From contig NC_092677.1 of the NCBI RefSeq assembly GCF_964355755.1, forward strand, positions 25,841,175 through 25,905,174: DNA of 64,000 nucleotides, read 5' to 3'. Shown piece after piece: positions 23,801 to 35,800 of this stretch (its first letter is position 1; each line of letters begins with the position of its first letter). Made by a program: the position numbers and the translations under genes. The stretch comes from Antedon mediterranea. Its lineage: Eukaryota; Animalia; Echinodermata. The notes under the pieces are model-generated. The model had not been told where the DNA came from and searched no databases. It saw only the letters and a program-made list of their open reading frames with translations.

Positions 23801-26800
23801 GAAAAGAAAGGGGGTCACATGTTACTGTGATGTCATCGATTTCTAAACCAATAAGATGTCATACCTTCTAATCTTTGGCAGTACAAGTACAGTGTTCTTG
23901 TGATCATCTGTTTTCTGTGCAGCTTGTGCTAGTTGCTGCTGCCTCAGCTGTTCTAACTGTTTTTCTATTTCCATCTCTACAAAGTAGTTGATCACTTCGA
24001 TCGGCTCAATATTGTCAATGGCCGAGCCATCTGGCGCCATGTCAAAGGTCACTATGCAAATTTTAAAAAATCATAGTAAACTTTGCGAATAGTCAGAATT
24101 CAAATGAGGCAAGGTTACCCAAATAACAACAACAAATTTAATAATCAGTAAAAAGGTTCTCCACATTAAAATACTGTGGGTCCGTGGAGGGCCTAATCCG
24201 AATTTCCTCATAGTTTCCAGTTAAGCTCAAGGACCAGTATTAATACCTTTACCTTTATTGTTGCTGCTTTTAATACTAAAATGTAGTAAATAAATGGTTT
24301 AAACGAGAAAGAAAATTCATTTCTGTCATACCTGTTATTGGTTTTGAATCATCAGGACTTTCATTTGGGCTGCTGTTATCTTTAGCTGCGGACCCCAGAG
24401 ACTGTGGACTTGAACCATCCATCTAAAAGATGAAAAAAAGGTAAAACATTGACATCGGTGTACCAATAAAACATTACCTTAAGCTCTGTCGACACTATGA
24501 AACTAGTTTGAAAAAACGTGTGATGTGAAAGATGGTAATGATATGCTTAAATATGGTAGTCCTATGACATCACATTTTCATATAAAGTTTCATAGTGTAG
24601 ACAGAGCTTTAGTATATACAAAATAATGTATTATACCTTTTGGCCTTTCTTTAAGATGCTCTTCGTTGGTGATGTTGTTGGAGTTGGCCAACCACTGCTG
24701 TTGTCTCCAGATGTACGTCCTCCTGGCCGTCTCTGAATTTTGCCGGATACTTTACCTTTCTTAAGATTATCCAGTGTTTTTTTTAAATGGTTCTATACCA
24801 AGACATAAAATAAAAGATAACAAATACAAGTATAATAGTGTATTGAAACTTTAAGTTGGGGTGAAAGTTGGCGACTACAATTTGAGTTGGTCAATAAAAA
24901 TTATATGGACATAAAGAAAGTCTTAAATGGTTGAGTTGCAGTTTTCACACCACCTTTATCAGAAATGAGTATTTTTTATTAACATACCTCATATTGAGAT
25001 AGTAGAACACTTATAACTAATCTGGATTTAGTGATAACTTCAAAGCTCTGTCTACACTATCAATCCTTAGGTGACAAAAAAAAATGTGATGTGCCCATAT
25101 ATGGACATCATGATGTCATATCAGTACCATATTTGGAAATATCACTACCATATTTAGGCACACCACACCTTTTTTGTCAAACTAGTTTGATAGTGTAGAT
25201 AGAGTTTAAATATAAATGACCTGTTTACCTTGAACAGCGTGGTCCATTTCACCACCCACATTTTGCACATAACTATTAACTCCTTCTTTCGGTTATCGTC
25301 ATCTAAGTTCCAGACGTCCCAACTATCGAGTTCTCGGAAGAAATAATTATGCGTGTCTTGTAGACCAATCAGGATCAACATGTCATGAACCAGTTCTCTG
25401 TAGAAATAATTGATAAAGAAAAACACATTTAAATAAAATATTTTAAACAATAAAATCAACACAATATCTGACTATATAGTATTCTGCATTTGCTGAGTTT
25501 TATTTCAAAATAAAAATTTTTTTTTGTTGTTGTAAATTTACCTAACTTGGCGATCACCATCCAAAAACTGTACCATTGCCTCAATGATGAAATCTTGCTC
25601 ATAAATGCCCATAGCACATAACAACTTTAGACCACTAACAATAAACATCTAAACATTACAAAATAAAAACACATTCAATGTTAATTTTTAAACAGATACT
25701 ACATGGTGGATCAAAACGACACTTCTCTCTCTCTCTCTCTTGAGAAGTAAAAATAGGGCCTCTTTCCATCTATGTCACCCATTCTCACCAGTGAGTGATG
25801 TTTATTAGTGTACCTTGTGATGAATCTCTGCTGCTATGCTTTTCAACTATCATTAGACTTATCAGCTCTGTTGCATTGAGTTTAAAGTTAAGGGAAAACC
25901 ATCCAACCATGACCCAACAAAGTGTTCTCCTGAATAGGGCTTGACCATAGTGTTAAAACATATATTTCCCCTTGTTTCACAGGAAAGTGTCTCCTTAAGT
26001 TTGTCCTCTTTAATAAAGGTGTTCCCCTTATAGTACAGTAGAACCATATTTAAGGTTACACCACCAGGACCCAACAAAGTGTTCCTTAATAAGGATGTCT
26101 CCTGAATAGGGCTAGACCATAGTTTTTAAACATATATTTCCCCTTGTTCATTACACAGGCAGGTGTATCCCCAAAATAAGGTTGTCCCAAATGAAGGGTT
26201 CTACTGAAAAGCTCTGTCCACACTATCAAACTTTATGTAACAAAAAAATGTGATGTGCTCATAAAACATGATGTCATATCACTACCATATTTGGGCACTT
26301 AACATTTTTTTTGTCAAACTAGTTTGATAGTGTAGACTGAGCTTTACCTTTTGTTCTTCATCACTACAAGATGGTCCATTGTTCTTGTTTAAAGTGCTTA
26401 TCATCGTCTCGTACACAGCTCGCGAGTTTGACAGCTGCTCTTGCTGGTTCAGCACCGCAATCGCTTCTGTAATTGGACTCTTCATCCCAAAGTCGGCTAT
26501 CTTTACCAGTTTCAAAAGCATTGTAACAAAATTGACAATGGTCCACGGCTTTGGAAATGACTATAAAAAAAGGCTTATGTTATTTACTGTCAAGTATATT
26601 TGGCAACAATTTGTAGGACATGAGCTGAGCCACATCTATGATGATAAGACCAAAAGGGACACCCGAGCATCCAGAAGGAGACACCAGCAGAAAGCTGAAC
26701 ATCAGACGAGTGATGGCGTGAATCACAGAGCCATGACAAATGACAGGTCATCACAGAGTCATTTGCGTAATTAAGGCTATTGAAAATAGCTGAAACGTAG

Positions 26801-29800
26801 CACGTGAGTACTTGATAATTGGTTTATCGAAAGCAAAATTTTTCATACAATTTGTATGCATACTGCAGGTTGTACAACGGTATATTCTACACTATGAATG
26901 AGCTGCATTTTTTTTAAATGACAAGAATTTAGTAATTACTTACATTAACGTTAGCATCTGGGAAGTACTTCTCAAACCAATCTGATCCTTTGAATTGAGT
27001 GAAAAAATCTGGTAGTGGTGTCGGGGGTCTCGGTGGCGACGGTGTCGGTAACGGAGGTGGTGATGGTGTTTTTGGTTTCGGAGGGATAAATTCCTCAATC
27101 TTTTTCATTGGTTTGATTTCCCTAGGTCTGGGTGGAGGCACGTTCTCGACAACAGGCTCAGGAGGTGGAGCTGCGGGTGGGGTTGGTGGAGGGGTGAAAT
27201 CGGACTGATCATCCTCAATTTCCTTTGCTATTGTACTCTTTGTAATGTCAATATCAAACTGATCAAAGAAACTGGAATGAGCTGGTTGTTCGACCTCTTT
27301 GACCTCTGGAGTCACAACTGGTTCCTTGGTTGACTACGAAAAATTAAGAAATAAATTAATAATTTATGAGACAATAGTATGATAGGTATATAACTTTCAA
27401 TTGGGTACTAAAGTTACAATATTAAATCAATAATTTAAAATATAAACCATACCTCGTCCTCTTCATCCCATACAAAAACACGCTGAAAAGAGCAACAAAA
27501 TGAATAATAATGAGATAAATCAATGAATATTTATAACATCAATGAATATTTATAACATTAATGAATATTTATAACATCAATGAATAGTTATAACATCATG
27601 AATATTTATAACATCAATGAATATTTATAACATCAATGAATATTTATAACATCAATGAATATTTATAACATCAATGAATATTTTGAACATCAATGAATAT
27701 TTTGAACATCAATGAATATTTTGAATAATGAATAATAATTTTCCTCTTCACAAAGAATACATTAATGATAATCACAAAATGATTAATCCCATGTTGATGA
27801 CTGCATGATGCAAAATGAATAATTCATGAGATAAACAATGAATATTTATAACACTAATGAATATTCATATTGGCAATTAATATTAATTTTCCTCTTCAAA
27901 AAGAATACAATGATAATCACAAAATGATTCATTTCATGTTGATAATTGTTTGATGATGATGCATCTAAATTATGAACAAAAAAATATTAATTAATAATAT
28001 AAACATAATAAACATAATGAGAATATCTAATGTGATGAATAATGTTATTAAGTGTAAAACCAGGATGGTGAAAATATTTGATTTCAACTTCCTGGTAAAA
28101 TCAAGAACGGTAATAACTTATTTTTACGCCCAAAAGTACTAAACCCATGCTATAAGGTATGATGCTTAAATATTGATTTTTTGCCATGAAAATCCTAGAA
28201 CACAAGATCCCAGGATTGGTATAACATTACAAGCATGTATTCCTGAACAACAAAAGATGAAGCTATGATTTGGTTGGTTGGTTGGTTGCTGTTGCGATAC
28301 TCAAGTATCTTTATGAAGTGCAAATTACTGTGGCAGTCATCACCTCACAGGTTCCAATGAGTGCTATTTTAACTGCCATTTATTCTTCTGGGGCACAAAC
28401 AAGGACCCAACTAACTCATGGTTTGTCTTTGCCTCAGACAAGAATATACAGTGCATTTTAATTTGATAATATTGCAATTCAAATAATGAAAGCATAAATG
28501 AAAACAATTAAAATTTAAAAGCAATGACAGAAGCAATATGAAATTTGTTTTTGCGTAGGTTGATCATTTTCAATTAAAATTTTACCAAATTTTCTGGCAA
28601 TTTATGGGAGGTAGTTTTCACTGGTGAGGTATAACTAATACTTTTCTTGAATTCTTGAGACAATTTTTGTTTTGGTGGTTCAACCTTTATCTCGTCTGGC
28701 TTCTGTGCGTGCTTTATATTTTTTTTATCAATATCAATATGCACTACTTTTTTAGACTTTAGTAGGATAAAAAAGAAATGTTAGTTTAAAAGAAAAAATA
28801 ACAATAACAACTTTAAGATGAAAATAACAATTGGCAATTAACATATGATTAATAACAGAACATGCACATTTTCTATAACAGAACAGAATAACATTTTTTG
28901 ATAAAAAATAATTATTCATTTAACATAAAAATAAAATAGTTGAATAACATACCAATTATTGAATGATTACTGTACATTAATTTTTATAACAACATGCAGT
29001 ATATACAACCAATACAAAAAAATAAGGTACAGTCAACTCTCCTGAATCGGACACCCTTGGGCTAGTCAATGTCCGAATGAATCCCTTGGGCTAGCCAATG
29101 TCCGAATGAATCCCTTGGGCTAGTCAATGTCCGAATGAATCCCTTGGGCTAGCCAATGTCCGAATGAATCCCTTGGGCTAGCCAATGTCCGAATGAATTA
29201 TAAATAATAGGAAAGAAATTGTGACATTTGACATCTTATAAAAATTCTAGGTTTAGGAGGGAGTTTTCCAAATGGAGTTTTGGCTTTGAGAGAGTTTCCA
29301 AATGGAGGTCTGGCTTTGAGAGAGTTTCCTAATGGAGGTCTGGCTTTGAGAGAGTTTCCAAATGGAGGTCTGACTTTGAGAGAGTTTCCAAATGGAGGTC
29401 TGGCTTTGAGAGAGTTTCCAGATGGAGGTCTGGCTTTGAGAGAGTTTCCAAATGGAAGTCGGACTTTGAGAGAGTTTCCAGATGGAGGTCTGGCTATGAG
29501 AGAGTTTCCAAATAGAGGTCTGGCTATGAGAGAGTTTCCAGATGGAGGTCTGGCTTTGAGAGAGTTTCCAAATGGAAGTCGGACTTTGAGAGAGTTTCCA
29601 AATGGAGGTCTGGCTTTGAGAGAGTTTCCAGATGGAGGTCTGGCTATGAGAGAGTTTCCAAATAGAGGTCTGGCTATGAGAGAGTTTCCAGATGGAGGTC
29701 TGGCTTTGAGAGAGTTTCCAAATGGAAGTCGGACTTTGAGAGAGTTTCCAAATGGAGGTCTGGCTTTGAGAGAGTTTCCAAATGGAAGTCTGACTTTGAG

Positions 29801-32800
29801 AGAGTTTCCAAATGGAGGTCTGGCTTTGAGAGAGTTTCCAAATGGAGGTCTGGCTATGAGAGAGTTTTCAGATGGAGGTCTGGCTTTGAGAGAGTTTCCA
29901 AATGGAAGTCGGACTTTGAGAGAGTTTCTAAATGGAGGTCTGGCTTTGAGAGAGTTTCCAAATGGAGGTCTGGCTTTGATCGAGTTTCCAGCTGGAGGTC
30001 TGACTTTCAGAGAGTTGACTGTATGCAATATTAAATAACATTAGTATGTATATTATGTAGCCAACTGTAGCTGAAATGAGCCAACTAAACAGACTTAGGA
30101 ATTTCCTAATTTATTTCAACATTTATATAAAATAATCATTGCAACAAATTATACAAGTTTACAACACATGCAACAACATTTATTTTCAACAAGAAATGTG
30201 TGTATACCTCTTCACTTTCAGACTGAAATAATAGAAAAATATTTGAATTAAAAAATAAACTTCTCAAGCATCTAATAATGTATCGAAGTTAAGCCCACCC
30301 TGGGGGTAAAAACCTACAGTACTATTGGTTATAAACATATTTATTTGGAGAAACAATCTCAGTCTAGAAAAATACTTGAATTGAAAAATAAACATCTGAA
30401 GCATCTAAAAATGAATCAAGTTTAAGCCCACCCTGGGGTTATAAGTCTACTATTGGTTATAAACACATTCCTATATTTGGAGCAACAATCTCATTGTCAA
30501 ATTTATGATAAATATTTAGATTAAAAAGCGGTTTGCTTACTCTTTTTTTACTTTCAATTTCTGCAAGTTGCTCTTCGGTCAATGCTGGTGGCCTGTACCT
30601 CTGTTCCGCCACCTTCTGCGTTACCTCTTTAGGCCACAATAGCCGTACCAGTACAGAGTTAGGAATAAATCCCATTGGATGAATTGGGAATGGCGTTTCT
30701 CTCTTTGAAGCTGACTCGGGTCCGTCATTGGACTCTGGAGGTGCTTTGCAAGTGGAATGATGTGGGAAAAACCCCGATTGTTCAAATTCTAATTTTAAAT
30801 GAGAAACATATCAAATTAAGTTACAATTTTGCTTTGGATAAATTGGATATTTTTAGTCTACCTTCTAGATCATTTAATCGTCCAAAACCCAGATTGTTCA
30901 AATTCTAATTTTAGAAATCAGAAACACTTAAAATTCAATTTCACTTGGACTGATTTTATTTTCTTATTCTTTGTAGGATATATGGTAGTGATATGACATC
31001 ATTATGTCCATATATGGGCACATTACATTCAACTAAAAATACTAAGCATTACGACTACGCTACCTGCATCCCACATTGTCTCTGGTTGTTGCCGTTTTTT
31101 TACCCTATCCGGGCTAAAGTTATCTTCCTCAGGCACTTTCTCCGCATTGTTTTCATTGTGTATTATTTGCCAGTATCTATGGAATGCCCTTTCTTTGGTT
31201 CCTGGCGGAGGTGCTGGTTTCTTTTTGCTACCTAACTCTCCATCACGAATCTTCTTTAATTCAATATCCCTCGCAGCTAGAACGGAATACGCCTTTGAGA
31301 AAAACAATTATAATTTAGTCACGTTTAAATCGTAATTGATAGCTCTGTCTACACTATCAAACTTTATCAGACACAAAATGTGATTTGCCCATATATGGAC
31401 ATGATGATTTCATATCACTACCATATTTGGGCACATCACAATTTTTTGTCAAACTAGTTTGATAGTGTGGACAGAGCTTTTAGTCTAAAACCTGTCAACA
31501 TTATAGTTTACAAGAGTAAGTTTTAGTTTGGGAAGGTCAAAGGGCATGTAGATATTTGAACCTAGAGCTCACTAGGGAGGAAGAATAAGTATATCTAACT
31601 TGTTATATGGCCAATAAAAGAATAAAATACTTTATACAACATTTGTTTACCTTTTGTTTTTCTTCCCTTTCCTTTACAATTCCTTCACTTTCTTCTTCAG
31701 TAAGAATGTCAACAAAACTTTCAAATCTAAATCGGTAAATGGAAGAAGATGGTACTTTATATAAAGCTCTGTCTACACTATCAAACTTTATATGACAAAA
31801 AAATGTCATGTGCCCATATATGGACATGATGATGTCATATCACTACCATATTTGGGCATATCACTACCACATTAGAGCACATCACACTCTTTTGTCAAAC
31901 TAGTTTGATAGTTTAGACAGAGCTTAAAGGAATAATGTTTCTCAGTGTATACTGTTCCTGAAACAAAAGATTTCCATGTTTCCAACTAACAAGACGCTAA
32001 AAGAGTGTCTGATTACAGTTGTTTCCTATGGAAATTTTAGTTTGACATGCATGAACGAACACTAGAAAAGTGGTAACATAAACGCTGTAAATGACTCACC
32101 GAAAGAGTGACGAATGAGCAGATTTCAATCTTTTTTTATCCATTGGATTCAAAGTTTCCAAGATATCCTCGTCATATGGAATTACTGGTTCTGTTGCCAT
32201 GGTAGGAAATCGCATGGATACCATTTTGAACAAGTAGTTTCTTGGTAAAACTAAAATTAAGATTAGTGTTAATGATAATAATAATAAATCAAACTACATT
32301 GTAAAATAATTAATATAGACGAAAAGTAGAATTCTTAAGATCTGTCTAGACCAATAAACTAGTTTGACAAAAAAAAGTGTCACATTTTTTTTGTCACATC
32401 AAGTTTGATAGTGTAGACAGAGCTTTAAAAGAAAGCTCACATGCACTGTGGTCCATCCTATGCATGTGTTTTCCAATCCCTATCATAAGGTCTGCTTTTT
32501 CACTGAAGAAATTCAAGCTTAGCGGTTCAGCATTCAGCCGTACAATTCTGAAAAATAAAAACAAGAATTTCTGTCAAAGACTTATTGGATTGACAGTTAT
32601 TCTAAACCTCTGTCTACAATATAAAACTTTATGTGACAAAAAATGTGGTGTGCCCATATATGGACATAATGATGTCATATCACTACCATATTTGGGCAAA
32701 TCACACTAGTGTGATAGTGTAGACAGAGCTCTACACTTGCTATATGAAGTTTCTTTACAACCTCATACAGTGTTTGTGGACAAAACGCTAAAAAAAGAAT

Positions 32801-35800
32801 TATTATAAAAATCTTTACCTTACGAGTCTGTTTCTCTGATCCCAGATTCTAATAGTACTATCTAGGCTGGAAGACGCAAACAGCCTCATTCTTGGGCAGC
32901 AACTGATGCCTGTTATCATGTCAATATGATCATCATCAGGGCTATGATCGTATCGGCCTAGAAAAATATAAATTTTGCACCAATCAACTCAGTTATAAAC
33001 TCACATCGCCAGACTTCTTCTTATGCTGTACCTTACAACCTACCTTGCAATATCCGTTCGGCTGACTCTATCGCCACATTTAAGAAAGCTATTAAAACAT
33101 ATTTTTTCTGATAGAGACTGTAGGTTGTAGGTAGGCATAGACACAAAACACCACTATGCCACCTATCTAGGTGGGCCTTGCGCCTTAAATTGCAGGAAAA
33201 CAGTGCAGTGGTGTTTGAATCATCTTTGTTGTTTTTTTTTTGTCATTAATGGGTTGTCTTTGGTTAGCCTATTTCCTGCTCAGAGTCTAGATAATTTTAA
33301 TAATCAACAAACACTCATAGCACTTTGATCATTACGAAATAGTACTATATAAATGTTGCAATGTGTGTATTATGAATGGCAATAACAGAGATTTCGAAAC
33401 CGACAACCTTTATTTGATGCTTCTGAGAACACTTTATCAAAACAATTCAAATAGCCTTACTCTTGTTATTCAGGTTGTAATGGACAACGCTGTATGTAGC
33501 AGATGAATTGTCCTGAAATGCCACACACAAGGTAGACTTCATAACAGTCATATGGTGCGGCAAATGTGCACAATAAAAGGACATTAACGGTGCTAATGCT
33601 TCCTCTGCAAACGGGAACACTCGCCATACTTTAATCACATTATCTATAAAGTATAACAAATTAATTGATTACTGCATTTTCTTTTCTTTCTTCTGTTTTT
33701 TTGTTATGTTTTTTGTTTGTGGACAGGAAAACAACTTCAGTTAAATTTGAAAAGAAGATGAATGCATTTAATATGAAGTAAAAAGAGACATTTAAATTTA
33801 CTACTTATCTAGACTACCTCTGCCAATAACATAGGTATGGAGTTCCGTTAATAATATTTAGGCTTACCTAGGCCAGCCGAAATGAGCTGGTTGTTCTCAG
33901 GATTTGACACTAGACCGAGTACACCACCGGAACCATGTGCCTGTACACAGTGAAAAAGTGTATTTAATATAATCAGTTCTATAATTTTGCTCACAAAAAG
34001 AAAACACATCATTTTATTTGAACAAGTTGAAACCTTTGTACATAGTAGGATGGCTTAACTAAAAAAACTGGTTCAGAAAACAAGAAAATATTAACATTTT
34101 GGTGAGCCTAGACGTACAAAATATAAGTACGTATATTGTGATATATTTTTTTTGTTTCATTTTGTCTATTCTGTGTCTCTGACCCAAGCATGCTTTCTAG
34201 GTGACGCCACCATTTTTTGTAAATAAATGTTTTATGATTGATTTATAAAATATAATATAAATCTTTATAAAATAAATAAGTCTTACATCAATCTTAAACT
34301 TGACCTTCATCGTCATCCAATCTAAAACAGCAATGTAACCATCTTTCCTTCCACCAATCAGGAGCGATTGATCCACCGAGTTGAGCTGGTTACCTGTACC
34401 AGCGGTGAGCGTTTTCATGATGCCTTTCCATGCGTCATCTCTCATCTTGGATTCCACAGAATATTCATACAGACTGATGCAGTTCAGGAATTCTCCTTTC
34501 TTTTTTCCATGCGGATTCCAGACTTCCTGGATTGTGCATGGGTTGGTTGACGTGCCGGCTTTCACTATGGCGCCGTTGCCAAGATTAACGAACATTGTAC
34601 CTATAAACACAATTTTATTCATAAATATACTATTTTTCTAGGAAATTAGGGACGGTTATTGACACAAACAAACTTGTGTTTGGCGTAATGATTACACTAA
34701 ATGATTAGACTACACTATTAAACTATGTTGATATAAGTTTGTGGTATACCACGTATGTTAGTTCTGAAAAGAATTGTTGAGTTTCTCGACTTTTCGATCA
34801 ATATGCTTTGATCGTCCTCAGGAGTGAGAATGAATGAGGATGATCAAAGCATATTGATCGAAACGTAAAAAAACTCAACAGTTCTTTCAGAACTAATATA
34901 TGTGGTGTACCGCAAACTTTATATCAACATTTGATTTCGCCATGCAAACCTTCAAACAATACACTATCAAACTTTTGCTTTTTAGAAATTGTGCCTCCTT
35001 CATAATATTGTTTTATTCATTTTAAAGATGAGAAAAAAAAAATTGTATTATTTTAACTATCTTCCTCCTCGTTATGAATTTTGTATTATATTATTTATTT
35101 TTGTATATTATGAAGGAAATAAATGTTACTATATGATATGATATGAAACTAGTTTGACCAGGGAAGAGTTAACTCTTTCCTGGTTTGACAAAAAAATGTG
35201 ATGTGCTCAAATATGGTAGTGCTATATGACATTTTTTTGACACATAAAGTTTGATAGTGTAGACAGAGCTTAAGAAATTAAGGACTGTTTTTGACACAAA
35301 TAAGCTTGGTTTTGGCCGAACGATTAGACTAACAATACTGTACTATACATAAAATAGAAATACCCTCATTAGCTGCATAGACCGCATCTGTAATACCATC
35401 TTGTTTTGATGCTATAAACGACGTGATGACATCACCACTACCAGGTGTTACAATCCTAACAGTTGCATCACGACATATACAGATCACCTTAGTAAGTTCC
35501 TACAGAAAAAACACCAAATCATTGTACTATATTCTGACTTTTTCTTTGATCATACAGAAAATATGAACTTTTTTTTTATTCATGTCATGTCATGTCATTG
35601 TAAGGTCATGTTATTGTCTGCTATTATCAAATTGTTGTACTTGTGAAGAGGATTATTATATTGACATAAATGCCTCTGTGATCATAAACATTTTGTTCAT
35701 TGTCCTGCATGTCATTGTGAGGTCATGTCATTGTCAGGTGTTATCAAACTGTTGTATTTGTGAAAAGGATTATCATGACACGCCTCTGTGATCATACACA

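Noticed and set aside
26379-27208. Plus-strand 131-aa and Gly-rich 69-aa ORFs
   Set aside because: Antisense to WDR97 exons.
29198-30038. 276-aa and 252-aa repeat ORFs on both strands
   Set aside because: By-products of a 30-bp stop-free minisatellite inside a MITE. WDR97 assembles in frame without them.
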